A stretch of 64,000 nucleotides of DNA. Source: an uncultured delta proteobacterium. Lineage in GTDB: Bacteria > Desulfobacterota > Desulfuromonadia > Desulfuromonadales > JACZKF01. Position numbers and translations under genes: made by a program. How positions within the stretch are numbered: the stretch's first letter is position 1; each line of letters opens with the position of its first letter. This document shows positions 1-10,219 of this stretch, in pieces. The stretch covers positions 64,001-128,000 of the forward strand of contig CAWFKQ010000013.1 in NCBI GenBank assembly GCA_963816395.1, given 5' to 3'. Below the pieces are notes generated by a model. It did not search any database and had not been told where the DNA came from. It saw only the letters and a list, made by a program, of their open reading frames with translations.

Positions 1-2
1 CC

Positions 3-146
3 TACCGGGCCGCCAAATTCCGCAACGGCCTGAAGCCGAGCCGGGAATACCTCGACCTCATCATCCGGGGAGCGGAGACCCACCGGCTGTCTGCCGATTA
101 CCAGACCTTCCTGCGCAGCCACGACACCATGGTGGCGACGGCGTGA
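3..146 (+). CDS. gamma-glutamylcyclotransferase-family protein, C-terminal part (runs off window)
   Basis: Frame from nt 3 reads YRAAKFRNGLKPSREYLDLIIRGAETHRLSADYQTFL...*, resembling the GGCT/AIG2 C-terminal PS..YL..I..GA..H.L...Y pattern; TGA at 144-146. Confidence 0.6.
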   Translation, partial: YRAAKFRNGLKPSREYLDLIIRGAETHRLSADYQTFLRSHDTMVATA

Positions 147-198
147 ACATCCGAGGGCCGGCACGGACAGTTTTTTCGTGCCGGCTCCCCGGAAGGAC

Positions 199-1557
199 TC
201 AGCGGAAACCGCAATGTTCCGTCAGCACGGTCATCCGCTCCGCCCGCGACCCTTGCCAGCGAGCCAGCAGGCGCTCGGCCAGGGTAACGCCGCTGTCGGC
301 AATTTCGTACAAACCCTCCAGGAAAACCGTTTCATCCAGGCGGCCGGTCTCCTGCGCCTGCCGGCTCAGCCCGCCGCGGGCCAGGTCGAGAACCTCCCGG
401 GCCGCCTCGCGCAGGGTGCGGCCCGCCAGCGGCGTTTTCAGCCCCAGGCGCCAGGACTGCCGGTAGAGTTCCTGCCGCTCTTCCTGGTCGCGGCAGGAGA
501 AGAGGGCGCGGGCGCCTGCCCGGGCCTCCCGGTCGTAGAGAATCCCCTTGAGCAGCGCCGCCACCGCCATGCTCAGGGCGGGCGGCAGACTGTCGGCGCT
601 GCGCACCTCGATCTGCGGCCGCAGCCGGGCTTCGGGAAAGAGGGTGGAAAGATGCAGGTCCCAGTCGCCGAGGGTGGCGCGCTGGTCGGCGTACCCTTCG
701 GCGAGATAGCGGCGGAAGGGGAAGCGCTCGCCGGTCAGATCGATGAAGCGGCCGTCGCGGAGAATGAAATACATCGGCACATCGAGGGCGTAGTCGACAT
801 AGGTGGCGAACCCCGCCCCCGGCCGGAAAATCTCCGGCAGCAGCCCGGTGCGCTCGGGGTCGGTTCGGGACCAGATTTCCCCGCGGGTGGAGAGAAAGCC
901 GCTGGGCGCCCCGTCCAGCAGCGGCGAATTGGCGAACAGGGCATAGAGCAGGGGGGCCAGAAGCAGAGCCGTCTGCAGCTTGTCGATGCAGTCCGCCTCG
1001 TCCGCATAGTCGAGATTGACCTGCAGGCCGGCGGTCTGCTTCATCATCCGCTGACCCATGTCGCCGGTTCTCTGCATGTACGGCCCCATCACGCGATAGC
1101 GGGCCTTGGGCATCCAGTCGATCTGCTCCAGGGGGGTGAAGGGCTGCACCCCCAGGCCGAGAAAAACCAGCCCCAGCGGCTCGGCGGCCTGCAGGATGCT
1201 GGCGACGTGATGGGAAAAATCGCTGGCGCAGCAATGTACGTCGCTGCAGAGCCGGCCCGAAAGTTCGAGCTGCCCCCCCGGTTCCAGGGTGATCGAGGAA
1301 TCCTCCCCCAGCAGGGCGATCAGGCGCCCCTCCTCGCGGACGCTGCGCCAGCCGCTGCCGGCTTCCAGCCGCTGCAGCAGCTCTTCGATGCGGGAGAAGG
1401 ACGCCGCCTCGCCGCTGGCGGCATCGACCACCAGCTTCTCCAGTTCGACGCCGATTCCCCAACGTTCCGGGGGGCGGGCGCCACGGGCCAGATAATCGAT
1501 CAGATCCTGGTGGGAACGGACCGGTACCTCCAGGTTGGGTTTTACCAGGGTCGTCAT
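199..1557 (-). CDS. gshA: glutamate--cysteine ligase (GCS2/plant-type)
   Basis: IGVELEK, ITLEPGGQLELSG, WMPKARY, MMKQTAGLQVNLD, ALFANSP, HLSTLFPEARLR, EVRSAD motifs; start set at MTTLVKP. Confidence 0.85.
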   Translation of the reverse strand: MTTLVKPNLEVPVRSHQDLIDYLARGARPPERWGIGVELEKLVVDAASGEAASFSRIEELLQRLEAGSGWRSVREEGRLIALLGEDSSITLEPGGQLELSGRLCSDVHCCASDFSHHVASILQAAEPLGLVFLGLGVQPFTPLEQIDWMPKARYRVMGPYMQRTGDMGQRMMKQTAGLQVNLDYADEADCIDKLQTALLLAPLLYALFANSPLLDGAPSGFLSTRGEIWSRTDPERTGLLPEIFRPGAGFATYVDYALDVPMYFILRDGRFIDLTGERFPFRRYLAEGYADQRATLGDWDLHLSTLFPEARLRPQIEVRSADSLPPALSMAVAALLKGILYDREARAGARALFSCRDQEERQELYRQSWRLGLKTPLAGRTLREAAREVLDLARGGLSRQAQETGRLDETVFLEGLYEIADSGVTLAERLLARWQGSRAERMTVLTEHCGFR

Positions 1558-1642
1558 GATAGAAGAATACCATTCGGCCGCAGACCAGACGGATCGGCCG
1601 ATCCGCAGGATCCGACGTTGGCCGGTTCCGAGGCTGGAAGGT

Positions 1643-2949
1643 TCAGGACCCCAGATAGGCGGTGATCGCCTCGCCGATGGTCTGGAAGATCTTGGTGAAT
1701 TCCCGCTCGTCCCGCTCCAGCAGGGTGATGCGGAAACCGAGCTCCGGGGTGCAGAAGGAAGAGATCGGTACCACGCAGATGCCGGTGGCAGCAAGCAGAT
1801 AATAGACAAAACGTTTGTCCAGGGAGACTCCCGGCTGGTTGACCAGCCCTTCCACCAGCGCCCGCACTTCCTGGTTGTCGATCGGCAGGCTCTGGCGCTC
1901 GGTCAGCTTGCCCCGCTTCGAAAACCACGGACATATAGAAGGCGCCGTTGGTGCGGTTCACCTTGATCCCCGCAACCTTCCGCAGCAGATCGTAGGCGAT
2001 ATTGGAGAACTTCTCGTAGCGGCTCTTGCGCTCCTCCAGGTAGACCGGGTATTGCGGGTGGCTGAGGATCTGCGGGATGGCCTTCTGCGGCAGGGTGGTG
2101 GAGCAGACCTCGACCATTTTCGAATCCAGGATGCTCTGGGCATAACGCTTGAACATCGGGTCCTTGTCGGCATTGTAGATCTCGATCCAGCCGCAGCGGG
2201 CGCCGGGCCAGGGCGCCTCCTTGCTGATCCCCTTCATGGCGATGCGCCGGCACATCGCCGATCAGGTCGGAGATGGGCTTGGTCGATTGGCCGTTGTAGA
2301 CAATGTTGTGGTAGATCTCATCGCAGATGACGAAGAGGTCGAATTCCCTGGCGATCGCCACCATCTCCCGCAGGATGCGCTCGGGGTAGACGGCGCCGGT
2401 GGGGTTGTCGGGGTTGATGATGAGGATGCCGGAGATGGCCGGGTTGTACTTAATCGACAGGCGCAGATCGTCGAGGTCGGGATACCAGTTGTTGTCCGGG
2501 TCGAGGCGGTAGGAAATCGGCTTTTGCCCGGCATGCGCCGCCTCGCCGGAGGAGTGGGTGCTGTAGGTGGGGGAGGGGCCGATGACCCGCGCCTCACGCC
2601 GCAACATGCCATACACCTTCTGGATGGCATCGCCGAGACCATTGAAGAAGATGATGTCGTCCGCGGTGATCTGGGTTTTGCCTCGTCGGTTGGTCATCTC
2701 GGCCAGAAACTGGCGGGTCTCCAGCACTCCGCGGGTGGGGCAATAGCCGTAGGAGCAGTCCTGCATCGCCAGATCGGCAACGATCTTCTTCATCCACGAG
2801 GGGATTTTTTCCCCCTTGGCCACCGGGTCGCCGATATTCTCCATGTTGGTCTTGATGCCGAGGATCTGCAGCTTGTCGGCGATCTCGACGATGGCCCGGA
2901 TCTCGTAAGTCAGCTCCCCCGCCCCGATGTGCACGATGTTGTTGCGCAT
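1643..2949 (-). CDS. PLP-dependent class I/II aminotransferase, AlaA/AlaT-like (two frameshifts, ~2245 and ~1905)
   Basis: ENIGDP, GYCPTRG, IINPDNPTGAVY, ICDEIY; next frame MKGISKEAPWPGARCGW (PLP lysine); last frame GICVVPISSF...FRITLL. Confidence 0.85.
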
Positions 2950-2992
2950 ACCTTTCAAGCTCCCTGGAAATAGCCGCCGCCGGAGCGGCTGG

Positions 2993-3028
2993 ATATAAAA
3001 AGGCCATGGGCGCTCTGCCCATGGCCTT
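2993..3028 (-). terminator. intrinsic terminator in the aminotransferase leader (attenuator terminator)
   Basis: Perfect 12-bp stem AAGGCCATGGGC/GCCCATGGCCTT, 5-nt loop, T-run on minus strand, ~45 nt upstream of the ATG. Confidence 0.8.
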
Positions 3029-3050
3029 CAATCCGAAGAATCGACGGGGA

Positions 3051-3161
3051 TCAGCAGGCTGTCCCCTGGCAATGGGCAGGACTCAGGCAGGCGGCCGCAG
3101 CCGCGGTGATAGCTCGGGCTGGCGAAAAATGGCTCATTTTTGGATAGCTGCCGAGGGACAT
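3051..3161 (-). CDS. putative Ala-rich attenuator leader peptide (36 aa)
   Basis: MSLGSYPKMSHFSPARAITAAAAACLSPAHCQGTAC*; GGGAG 6 nt before the ATG; five tandem Ala codons at 3090-3104; alternative start at 3137. Confidence 0.6.
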   Translation of the reverse strand: MSLGSYPKMSHFSPARAITAAAAACLSPAHCQGTAC

Positions 3162-3185
3162 GCCCATCTCCCATGTTCGGATTTG

Positions 3186-3213
3186 AGTATCATATCGGGC
3201 GAACGGATGTCAA
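3186..3213 (-). promoter_or_regulatory. sigma70-like promoter for leader and aminotransferase
   Basis: TTGACA-N16-GATACT on minus strand. Confidence 0.45.
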
Positions 3214-3335
3214 CGGCAAAAATCCCCCTGCACTAACCGTCAGCGGCGGAAAAAGCCTTCTACTCCCGGCAGTTCTCTGTTAAGGTGAGGTGTCTTCGGG
3301 TTCCTGTGATGCAATATATTTTCCCCGTGCGGCCG

Positions 3336-4952
3336 ATGTCCTGGAAAGCGTCCCCTGTCCTGTTCTGCACCATCTGCCTCCTGCTCCTGCTGCCGTGGGC
3401 CGGCCCGCCCGGCGCGACGGCCACCGAATGGGTCGGTCCATTCCGCCGGCGGGCGCACCCGTTTCCCAGGCCGAATTCCATTGGCCGGCAGCGGAGCCGG
3501 ATGCCACCTCCCTTGACCTGCAGGCCTCCTCCGGCCCGGCAGTCCGCGCCGCCCTCCTTCGATTTCGGCAACTACCAGATGGTCGGCCGCAACGGTCCCT
3601 TCCGGCTGACCGTCGGTCGGCAGGACCTGGCGGAGCACAGTCTGATTCTGGGCAATCTTCTCCGGCGCGGCTTTTCCGTGAGCCTGCAGGGGGGGGAGCA
3701 GCCTTCGGCCCTGACCGGCTTCGTCCTGCGCACCGCTGCCGAAACGGGAGAAAGTCTCGGCCTGGAAGACCCGGATAACCGGCTGGCGGGGGTGCTGGGG
3801 GAGATGCGTCCGCTGGCCGGCGAGGTGGCCGTCCTCCACCTGACGGCCGGTTATCTCGCCGGCCGTGGGCCCGGGCGCCGGTTACGGACCGGCCCGGGGC
3901 GAAGCCTGGAGCCTGGCCGCAGAAGCCGGGCTCTGGCAGAACCTGCAGGTGCGGGGGGAAATCGCCGGTTCCGGCTACGATCCCGATGACCCGGGGCAGG
4001 GGCCGAAGAGCGGCCTGGCAACCACTTTCCTGATCAACTACCACTCGCTTCCGAACCCGGCGGACCGCTCCGCGCTCTTCTGGCAGCTGGGAATGGAAGA
4101 CCGCCGGGTCGATCCCCTCTTCCACAGCCTGGGCAATCCGGGCCTGGCGGTCGACCTGGAGCAGCTCCGGCTGTTCGGCGGGGTGCGGCGAAGCGGAGCG
4201 AACCTGGATTTTTCCCTGACCCGGGAGAGAAACAATCTGGCGGACTCCCCCCGGCAGCCGACCTGGCGCGCCTGGCGCTACCACCTGCAGCTCGATTACG
4301 CAGCCGGCAAGCCGCTTGCCGCCGCCCCCCTGGCCCGTCTCGGTACCCCCGGCGTAAAGCTGGTTTTCACCGGCCTGCGGCGGCAACCGCTGGCCATCCC
4401 CGAGGATTTCTACCTCGGTTACCCGATCGACTGCAGCTCGCGTCAGCTGCAACTGCAGGCTGTTTTCCGGCACCCCCGCTGGAACTGGGGCATCGGCGGC
4501 GTCTCTGCGCGGCTTCCAGGATCATGCCGGCGGCTTCGATGACAGCCGCACCCGCAGCATCGATCTGCATGCCGAAGTGCCGCTTCGGTCCCCGGTTGGT
4601 GGTCGTACCGATGTTGCGCCGCCGCTGGATCGAAGATCTGACCTCCGGCGAGGAGAGTGCCCACACCGGCCTGGAGCTGAACGGCAGGCTGGCGCTCATC
4701 CACCGGCGGCTGACCGGCCGCTGGCACCTTGGCCTGGACCTGAATGACTCCTCGGTCCAGCCTGGCTGACCGCACCGCCGCGGCCAGCGGTGAGCTGATC
4801 TATCAATGGCGGCGGCCCCGGGACGCCCATCCCGGCTTTGACCTCTCGCTCAGCGGCAACTTGCTGGAACGCGACGGTGAACTCACCCCGCCTGCCGAGG
4901 GGGGAATTACCGGATCTTCCTGGCCCTGACCATGCGCCTGCCCAGCGCCTGA
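3336..4952 (+). CDS. exported hypothetical protein, possibly outer-membrane beta-barrel (several frameshifts)
   Basis: Signal-like N-terminus MSWKASPVLFCTICLLLLLPWAGPPGATA; successive overlapping ORFs with alternating beta-strand patterns; ends YRIFLALTMRLPSA*. Confidence 0.4.
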
Positions 4953-4990
4953 GGCGGTCGCTCCGTCCTCCTCCTGATCTCGCCTGATTG

Positions 4991-5530
4991 TCAATCGATC
5001 CGTACGAAGGGGAAGCGCTCGAACATATCCCGGGTGAGCAGGCCGAGGCCGCCCCGGTCGCCGACCGTTTCCACCGCCACCACCACCTCCGGCTCGGCGA
5101 AATCGATCTGCGCCGTCTCTTCGCGCCGGGCCAGTTTTTCCAAAATGAAGGCGTCGATCGCCCGCTCGGCTTCCGGGGAAATGATCTCCCCCTTGTGGCC
5201 GCGCCTCTCCAGGCGCACATGGAAGCGGCGGCCGGCCAGGCGATCGAGGTAAGGGAGGATTTCCAGCTGCAGCCGATCGAGGAAATCCTCCACGGTGAAG
5301 ACGAAGGTGCGATCGATCGGCACGATCCGTCCCAGGTCCTGAAAGGCGGTCAGCCGTTTTGTCCGCTCGGCCAGCACCGCCTCCAGAAAGCCCTGCCGAT
5401 CTTCCACCCGGCCCAGGATCACCCCCAGAAACTCGGTTCGACGAAAATCCCCCAGGCGCCCCAGTTCTTCCAGCAGGCGCCGGTAACGGCCATCACTGGC
5501 CAGGGTGGCGACGGTGTTGAACTCCCACAT
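4991..5530 (-). CDS. stand-alone THUMP-domain protein
   Basis: RFHVRLERRG...EAERAIDAFI...IDFAEPEVVVAVETVG pattern typical of THUMP; GGAGG RBS. Confidence 0.75.
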   Translation of the reverse strand: MWEFNTVATLASDGRYRRLLEELGRLGDFRRTEFLGVILGRVEDRQGFLEAVLAERTKRLTAFQDLGRIVPIDRTFVFTVEDFLDRLQLEILPYLDRLAGRRFHVRLERRGHKGEIISPEAERAIDAFILEKLARREETAQIDFAEPEVVVAVETVGDRGGLGLLTRDMFERFPFVRID

Positions 5531-5705
5531 GGCCCCTCCTTGCTACTCCGCAGTTTCCGGATGGGACCAGTCTAGCCGACCCGCAGTTGATAGCAAGATT
5601 GCCGAGCGCGAGATGATCTCGAGGGCAGATAAGCGGGGAAGATTCAGGGCATGCGGGGCAGAGGAGTGAGCAGGGGACGCAGCGGTCGGAGAAAAGGGAG
5701 AGAGG

Positions 5706-5742
5706 AAAAAACGGCGCCGACCGCTTGCAGCGGCCGGCGCCG
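5706..5742 (-). terminator. intrinsic terminator after prc
   Basis: CGGCGCCGACCGC/GCGGCCGGCGCCG stem followed by T6 on minus strand. Confidence 0.65.
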
Positions 5743-5752
5743 AGGAGTTCAA

Positions 5753-7938
5753 TCAGTTGACTACGGCCTGGCCGATGGTCGCCGGCTTGTGGGCCGGGTG
5801 CAGGGCAAACTGACCGGAGACGATATCCGCCAGGACGGCGACCGCCTCGCCGGTATAGGGGTCTTTCTGCACCCTCTTCTCCCAGGCGAGCTGTTTTTCC
5901 TCTTCGCTGAGGCGCTTGCCCGGCTTATCACCGTCCTCCCCCGACATGGCGCCGTGACCGGATCAGGCCGGTATTTTCCGCCAGTTTTTTGGCTTCGGCC
6001 CGCTCCCGGCGCATTTCCCCGATGTCCAGGATCTGCAGGGTCTGTTCGGTCTTGGCTTTTCGCCAGGTCGGCCTCGGTGGTGATCTCATGGAATTTCTCG
6101 CTGGCCGCCACCCGCTGCCGGCTGCGGCTTTCGATCAGCGACAGGTCGGTGTTGTCCAGCCCCGTCCAGTGGCTGAACCGGGTCGGCGCGATCTTGTCCC
6201 AGGGGAGGGAATAGTCGAGGAACTTCTCGCCTGTTTTCAGGTACTCCAGGCGGTCGGGCAGAACGATATCCGGCACCACTCCGCGGTACTGGGTCGATTC
6301 GCCGCTGATCCGGTAGAACTTCTGGGTGGTCATTTTCAGCGCCCCCAGCGGCTTGTACTGTTCCATGTTGCGGAAGGGGATGGTGCGGTCGAGATCGATG
6401 ATCGCCTGCACCGTCCCCTTGCCGTGGGTGTGGGCGCCGCCCATGACCAGCGCCCGCCCGTAATCCTGCAGGGCGCCGGCGAGGATTTCCGAGGCGGAGG
6501 CGCTGAACTGGTTGACCAGCACCACCATCGGCCCGCTGTACTCGATGGCCGGGTCGTCGTCGGCCAGCACCTGGGTGCGTCCGTCGCTGGCCCGCACCTG
6601 CACCACCGGGCCGGTCTTGATGAACAGCCCGGCGATGCCGACCGCATCGGTCAGGGCGCCGCCGCCGTTGTCGCGCAGATCGAGAACCAGCCCGTCGATC
6701 TTCTCGGTCTTCAGCTTTCGCAGTTCGGCCGGCATGTCATCGGTGACATTGCGGCCGGTGCCCCCCTCGCCCGGCGCTGCTGAAATCCCGGTAGAAGGAC
6801 GGGAACATAGATGTAGCCGTATTTATGGCCGGTCGGCGGATCGGTCAGCACCGATCGACTTGACGAAGGTCTCCTCGATCTGCACCACATCGCGGACGAT
6901 GGGGATCACCAGGGACAATGCCGTTCGGCTTTTTCACCGTCAGGCGCACCTCGGTCCCCTTCTTGCCGCGGATCAGGCTGACCGCATCGCGGATGCGGGT
7001 ATCGGTGATATCGACCGTCTCCCCATCCTTTTCCGCCACCTTCAGGATGACGTCCTCCGGCCTGCAACTGTCCCTGCCGGTAGGCGGGGCTGCCGGGAAT
7101 GACCGACACCACCTTGATGTAGCCGTCATCCTCGCGCAGGGTGGCGCCGATCCCTTCCAGGGAGCCGCTCATGCCGATCTCGAAATCTTCCTGCTGAGTG
7201 GGCGGCAGGTAGTCGGTATGCGGATCGAAGGTGTGGGCGACGGCGTTGAAATAGACAATCGTCGAAATCCTGCTCCTTCTCCTCCAGCAGCCGGTCGAAA
7301 ATATTGTCAAGGTTCTTCAGCACCTTCTCCCTCGCCGTCCGCTGCCGCTCGGCCGGGGTGACGCTCGCCGTCGCGCCGTCCTTGGCCGGCGCCGCCTCGT
7401 CCTCCTCCAGGTTCAGGTAACGGTTCATGACCTGGTACTTGAGGGTGAGCCGCCAGCGTTCCCGCAACTCCTGCAGGCTGGCGCAGAAATCGAGCTTCTC
7501 CGGATCGGTTTCGAACTGTTCCTTGTGGTTGAAATCGAAATTGGTCGCCAGCAGGCTGTGGACCATGTCCCGGACCTGCTGCACCCGCTTGCGCTGGATG
7601 GCGGCGCTGACCGCCGGCAGCTCCAGGACGCCCTGGTTGAGCTCGTCATCGATCTTGGTGGCGAATTGCTGCAGGCGGGCCACGTCCTGCTTCAGCAGAA
7701 ACCGCTTCTGGGAATCGAGCTGCTTCAGGTAAAGACCGAAGGCGGCTTTCGACAGGGTGTCGTCCACTGCCTTGGGCTGGTAGTGGTTGGTGGTCAGTTG
7801 CTGCCGGAGCAGGTAACTGAGGAGCTTGTCCCGACGGAGGTTGAAGTCGCTGCCGTTTTGCAGGGCCAGGGCAGGGCCGGCCAAGAAGCCAATAAGCAGC
7901 AGGGCGATAGCCAGATAGTTTCTGAACCGAATCATCAT
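5753..7938 (-). CDS. prc: carboxy-terminal processing protease, peptidase S41 (Prc/Tsp), several frameshifts
   Basis: Signal peptide, FDPHTDY, SLEGIGATL (PDZ), LDLRDNGGG, SASASEILAGALQDYGRA, THGKGTVQ, KFYRISGESTQ across 4-5 frames. Confidence 0.9.
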
Positions 7939-8194
7939 GGTGGGTTTCGGCGGCCGGGGAAGGTATTGTTTCCGGCCCGTCATCTCCTTTTTGGGGATTG
8001 GTGATCGGCAATCATCCCCCGGGCCGCATCCCGGGAGGGAGCGCAGGGAAAAAGGCCATAAGCATCCTACCATAAGTGCTGGTCCTCGGGTCAATACCCG
8101 CACAGGCGAAAGTTGTTGTCGGATCTGGCAAATCAGCGCACGGCCATTAAACTGTAAGGGAAAAATCCGCTGTCCACCGGAAAGGAGCAAACGC

Positions 8195-9697
8195 ATGCGG
8201 CTGCCGCCTTCAGTCAAGAACTGGATCTCCCTCGCGGGGGCTACCGTCGCCCTGATCAGCCTGTTCATGATCGCCTTCCTCTTCGCCGTGACGGTTTTTT
8301 TCGGCACCAAAGCAGCCTATCTGGGGCTGGTCGTCTATATCCTGCTGCCGGGGGTGATGCTTGCCGGTCTTTTCCTGATTCCCATCGGCATGTGGCTCGA
8401 GGTGCGCCGTGAGCACCGGGAGGGGACGATTCCGCCACCGGGATGGCCGCGCATCGACCTGAATGAACCGCATTATCGCAACGCCGCCTTCATCTTCGTC
8501 GTCGGCACCAGCATTCTCCTGTTCATTTCCGCCATCGGCAGCTATGAGGCTTTCCATTATACCGAATCCGTGGCTTTTTGCGGCACCCTCTGTCATGCCG
8601 TGATGGAGCCCGAATACGTCGCCCATCAGAATTCCTCCCACGCTCGGGTCGCCTGCGTCGAATGCCACGTGGGGCCGGGGGCGGACTGGTACGTGCGCTC
8701 CAAGCTCTCCGGTCTCTATCAGGTCTATGCCGTCACGGCGGACGTCTATCCGCGGCCGATTCCCACCCCGATAGAGAATCTGCGCCCGGCCCGGGCGGTC
8801 TGTGAGCAGTGTCACTGGCCGCAGAAGTTCTATGCCTACCAGTACCGGGTGCTGACGCATTATCTGCCGCAGCCGGACAATCCCCGCTGGGATATCGGCC
8901 TGACCCTGAAGATCGGCGCGCCGCACGCGGCCACCGGCTACCGGGAGGGGATTCACTGGCACATCAATCCCCAGGTGCGCGTGGAATATTTCCCGGCCAG
9001 CGAGGATCGCCAGAAGATCATCTGGGTGCGCTACACCAATCTCGCTACCGGCCAGGTGAAGATCTTCACCCAGGAAGGCAAGGGGCCGGAGGCCACCGGG
9101 GAAACCGGGGTGCGGGTGATGGACTGCATCGACTGCCACAACCGTCCCTCGCATAATTACCGGGCGCCGAACCAGTTCGTCGATGCCGCCATGGCCGAGG
9201 GGAGCATCCCCCGCGACCTGCCGGGGATCAATGCCCTGGCGGTGGAGCTGTGCGGCAAGGAATACCCCGACCGGGCGGCGGCGCTGACCGCCCTGCAGCA
9301 GGGGATCGAGAGCTACTACCGGGAAAAGCAGCCGCAGATCTGGCAAGGGCGCCGGGACGATGTGAGCAAGGCGGTGGCCGGGCTGCAGGCGGTTTTTGCG
9401 AAGAACATCTTCCCCTACATGCGGGCCCGCTGGAGCGCCTACCCGGAGAATATCGGCCATCTGGATTTCCCCGGCTGCTTCCGCTGCCACAACAACCAGC
9501 ACAAGACCGCCGACGGGGAGGCGATCCGCATGGACTGCGATCTGTGCCACGAGATCAGCAGCCAGGGGCCGCCGGAAAAGCTGCAGCGCGCCCCGGCCGG
9601 CGAGACGTTGGAGTTCCAGCACCCGGTGGACATCGGCGGGGCCTGGCGGGAGACGCTGTGCTCGGATTGCCACAACGGGCTGACGCCGGAGTTCTAG
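8195..9697 (+). CDS. imcH: inner-membrane NapC/NirT-related multiheme cytochrome c (ImcH type)
   Basis: Three N-terminal TM segments; FCGTLCH (CX3CH) plus six CXXCH (CVECH, CEQCH, CIDCH, CFRCH, CDLCH, CSDCH); PTPIENLRPAR and GIHWH motifs; AGGAG RBS. Confidence 0.85.
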   Translation: MRLPPSVKNWISLAGATVALISLFMIAFLFAVTVFFGTKAAYLGLVVYILLPGVMLAGLFLIPIGMWLEVRREHREGTIPPPGWPRIDLNEPHYRNAAFIFVVGTSILLFISAIGSYEAFHYTESVAFCGTLCHAVMEPEYVAHQNSSHARVACVECHVGPGADWYVRSKLSGLYQVYAVTADVYPRPIPTPIENLRPARAVCEQCHWPQKFYAYQYRVLTHYLPQPDNPRWDIGLTLKIGAPHAATGYREGIHWHINPQVRVEYFPASEDRQKIIWVRYTNLATGQVKIFTQEGKGPEATGETGVRVMDCIDCHNRPSHNYRAPNQFVDAAMAEGSIPRDLPGINALAVELCGKEYPDRAAALTALQQGIESYYREKQPQIWQGRRDDVSKAVAGLQAVFAKNIFPYMRARWSAYPENIGHLDFPGCFRCHNNQHKTADGEAIRMDCDLCHEISSQGPPEKLQRAPAGETLEFQHPVDIGGAWRETLCSDCHNGLTPEF

Positions 9698-9720
9698 GAT
9701 TTGTCCGAATGACGGCTGCG

Positions 9721-9908
9721 CCGCGGGGCTGCGTCCCTGCATGCAGGTTCAGAGTTTAAGACCGCGGGGCTGCGCCCCTGCGCCCTGTCAAGACCGCGGG
9801 GCTGCGCCCCTGCACCCTGCCAGGACCGCGGGCGCTGCGCCCCGCACCCCGCGTCACTTTCTTTTATAATCCGCCTAAAAGAAAGTAACCAAAGAAAACG
9901 GCGGCCCC
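9721..9908. repeat. tandem ~32-bp palindromic units followed by a CACTTTCTTT/AAAGAAAGTAACCAAAG hairpin
   Basis: (A)CCGCGGGGCTGCGCCCCTGC units at 9721, 9761, 9793, 9825, then inverted repeat ACTTTCTTTTA...TAAAAGAAAGT. Confidence 0.75.
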
Positions 9909-10069
9909 TGCCGGGGAGGACTCCTGTCGCGCGGGCTCTCGACTCTGATTAGCGGCGCTGCGGATAACGAGGGCAGTACTTCGTGGAAACTAAAGCTTTT
10001 TGACCGCTGACGCGGTTCCCTTTCGCGAGGGGGCGAGTTGGCAATGGAGCTATGACTGTCCCGTAGTTT

Positions 10070-10095
10070 CCTTGAACCTTGAACCTTGAACCTTG
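10070..10095. repeat. heptamer tandem repeat (CCTTGAA)x3.5
   Basis: ccttgaa ccttgaa ccttgaa ccttg directly downstream of the cyd operon. Confidence 0.8.
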
Positions 10096-10105
10096 CTGGC
10101 CGTTC

Positions 10106-10204
10106 CTACAGGCGCCCGGTCTTCTTCAACAGCCATCCGGCTACCAGCCAGGTGAGCAGCAGGATGGCGAACCAGGCGACGATCAGGGCTACTTTGGTGA
10201 GCAC
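10106..10204 (-). CDS. small single-pass membrane protein, candidate cytochrome bd accessory subunit (CydX/Y/S-like)
   Basis: GTG start with GAGGG RBS 15 nt after cydB stop; MLTKVALIVAWFAILLLTWLVAGWLLKKTGRL* (32 aa). Confidence 0.65.
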   Translation of the reverse strand: MLTKVALIVAWFAILLLTWLVAGWLLKKTGRL

Positions 10205-10219
10205 GAGTCCCTCTCTTTC

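Noticed and set aside
9759..9850. Possible CRISPR array (32-bp periodicity)
   Set aside because: Units are contiguous with no unique spacers, and no cas genes are in the window
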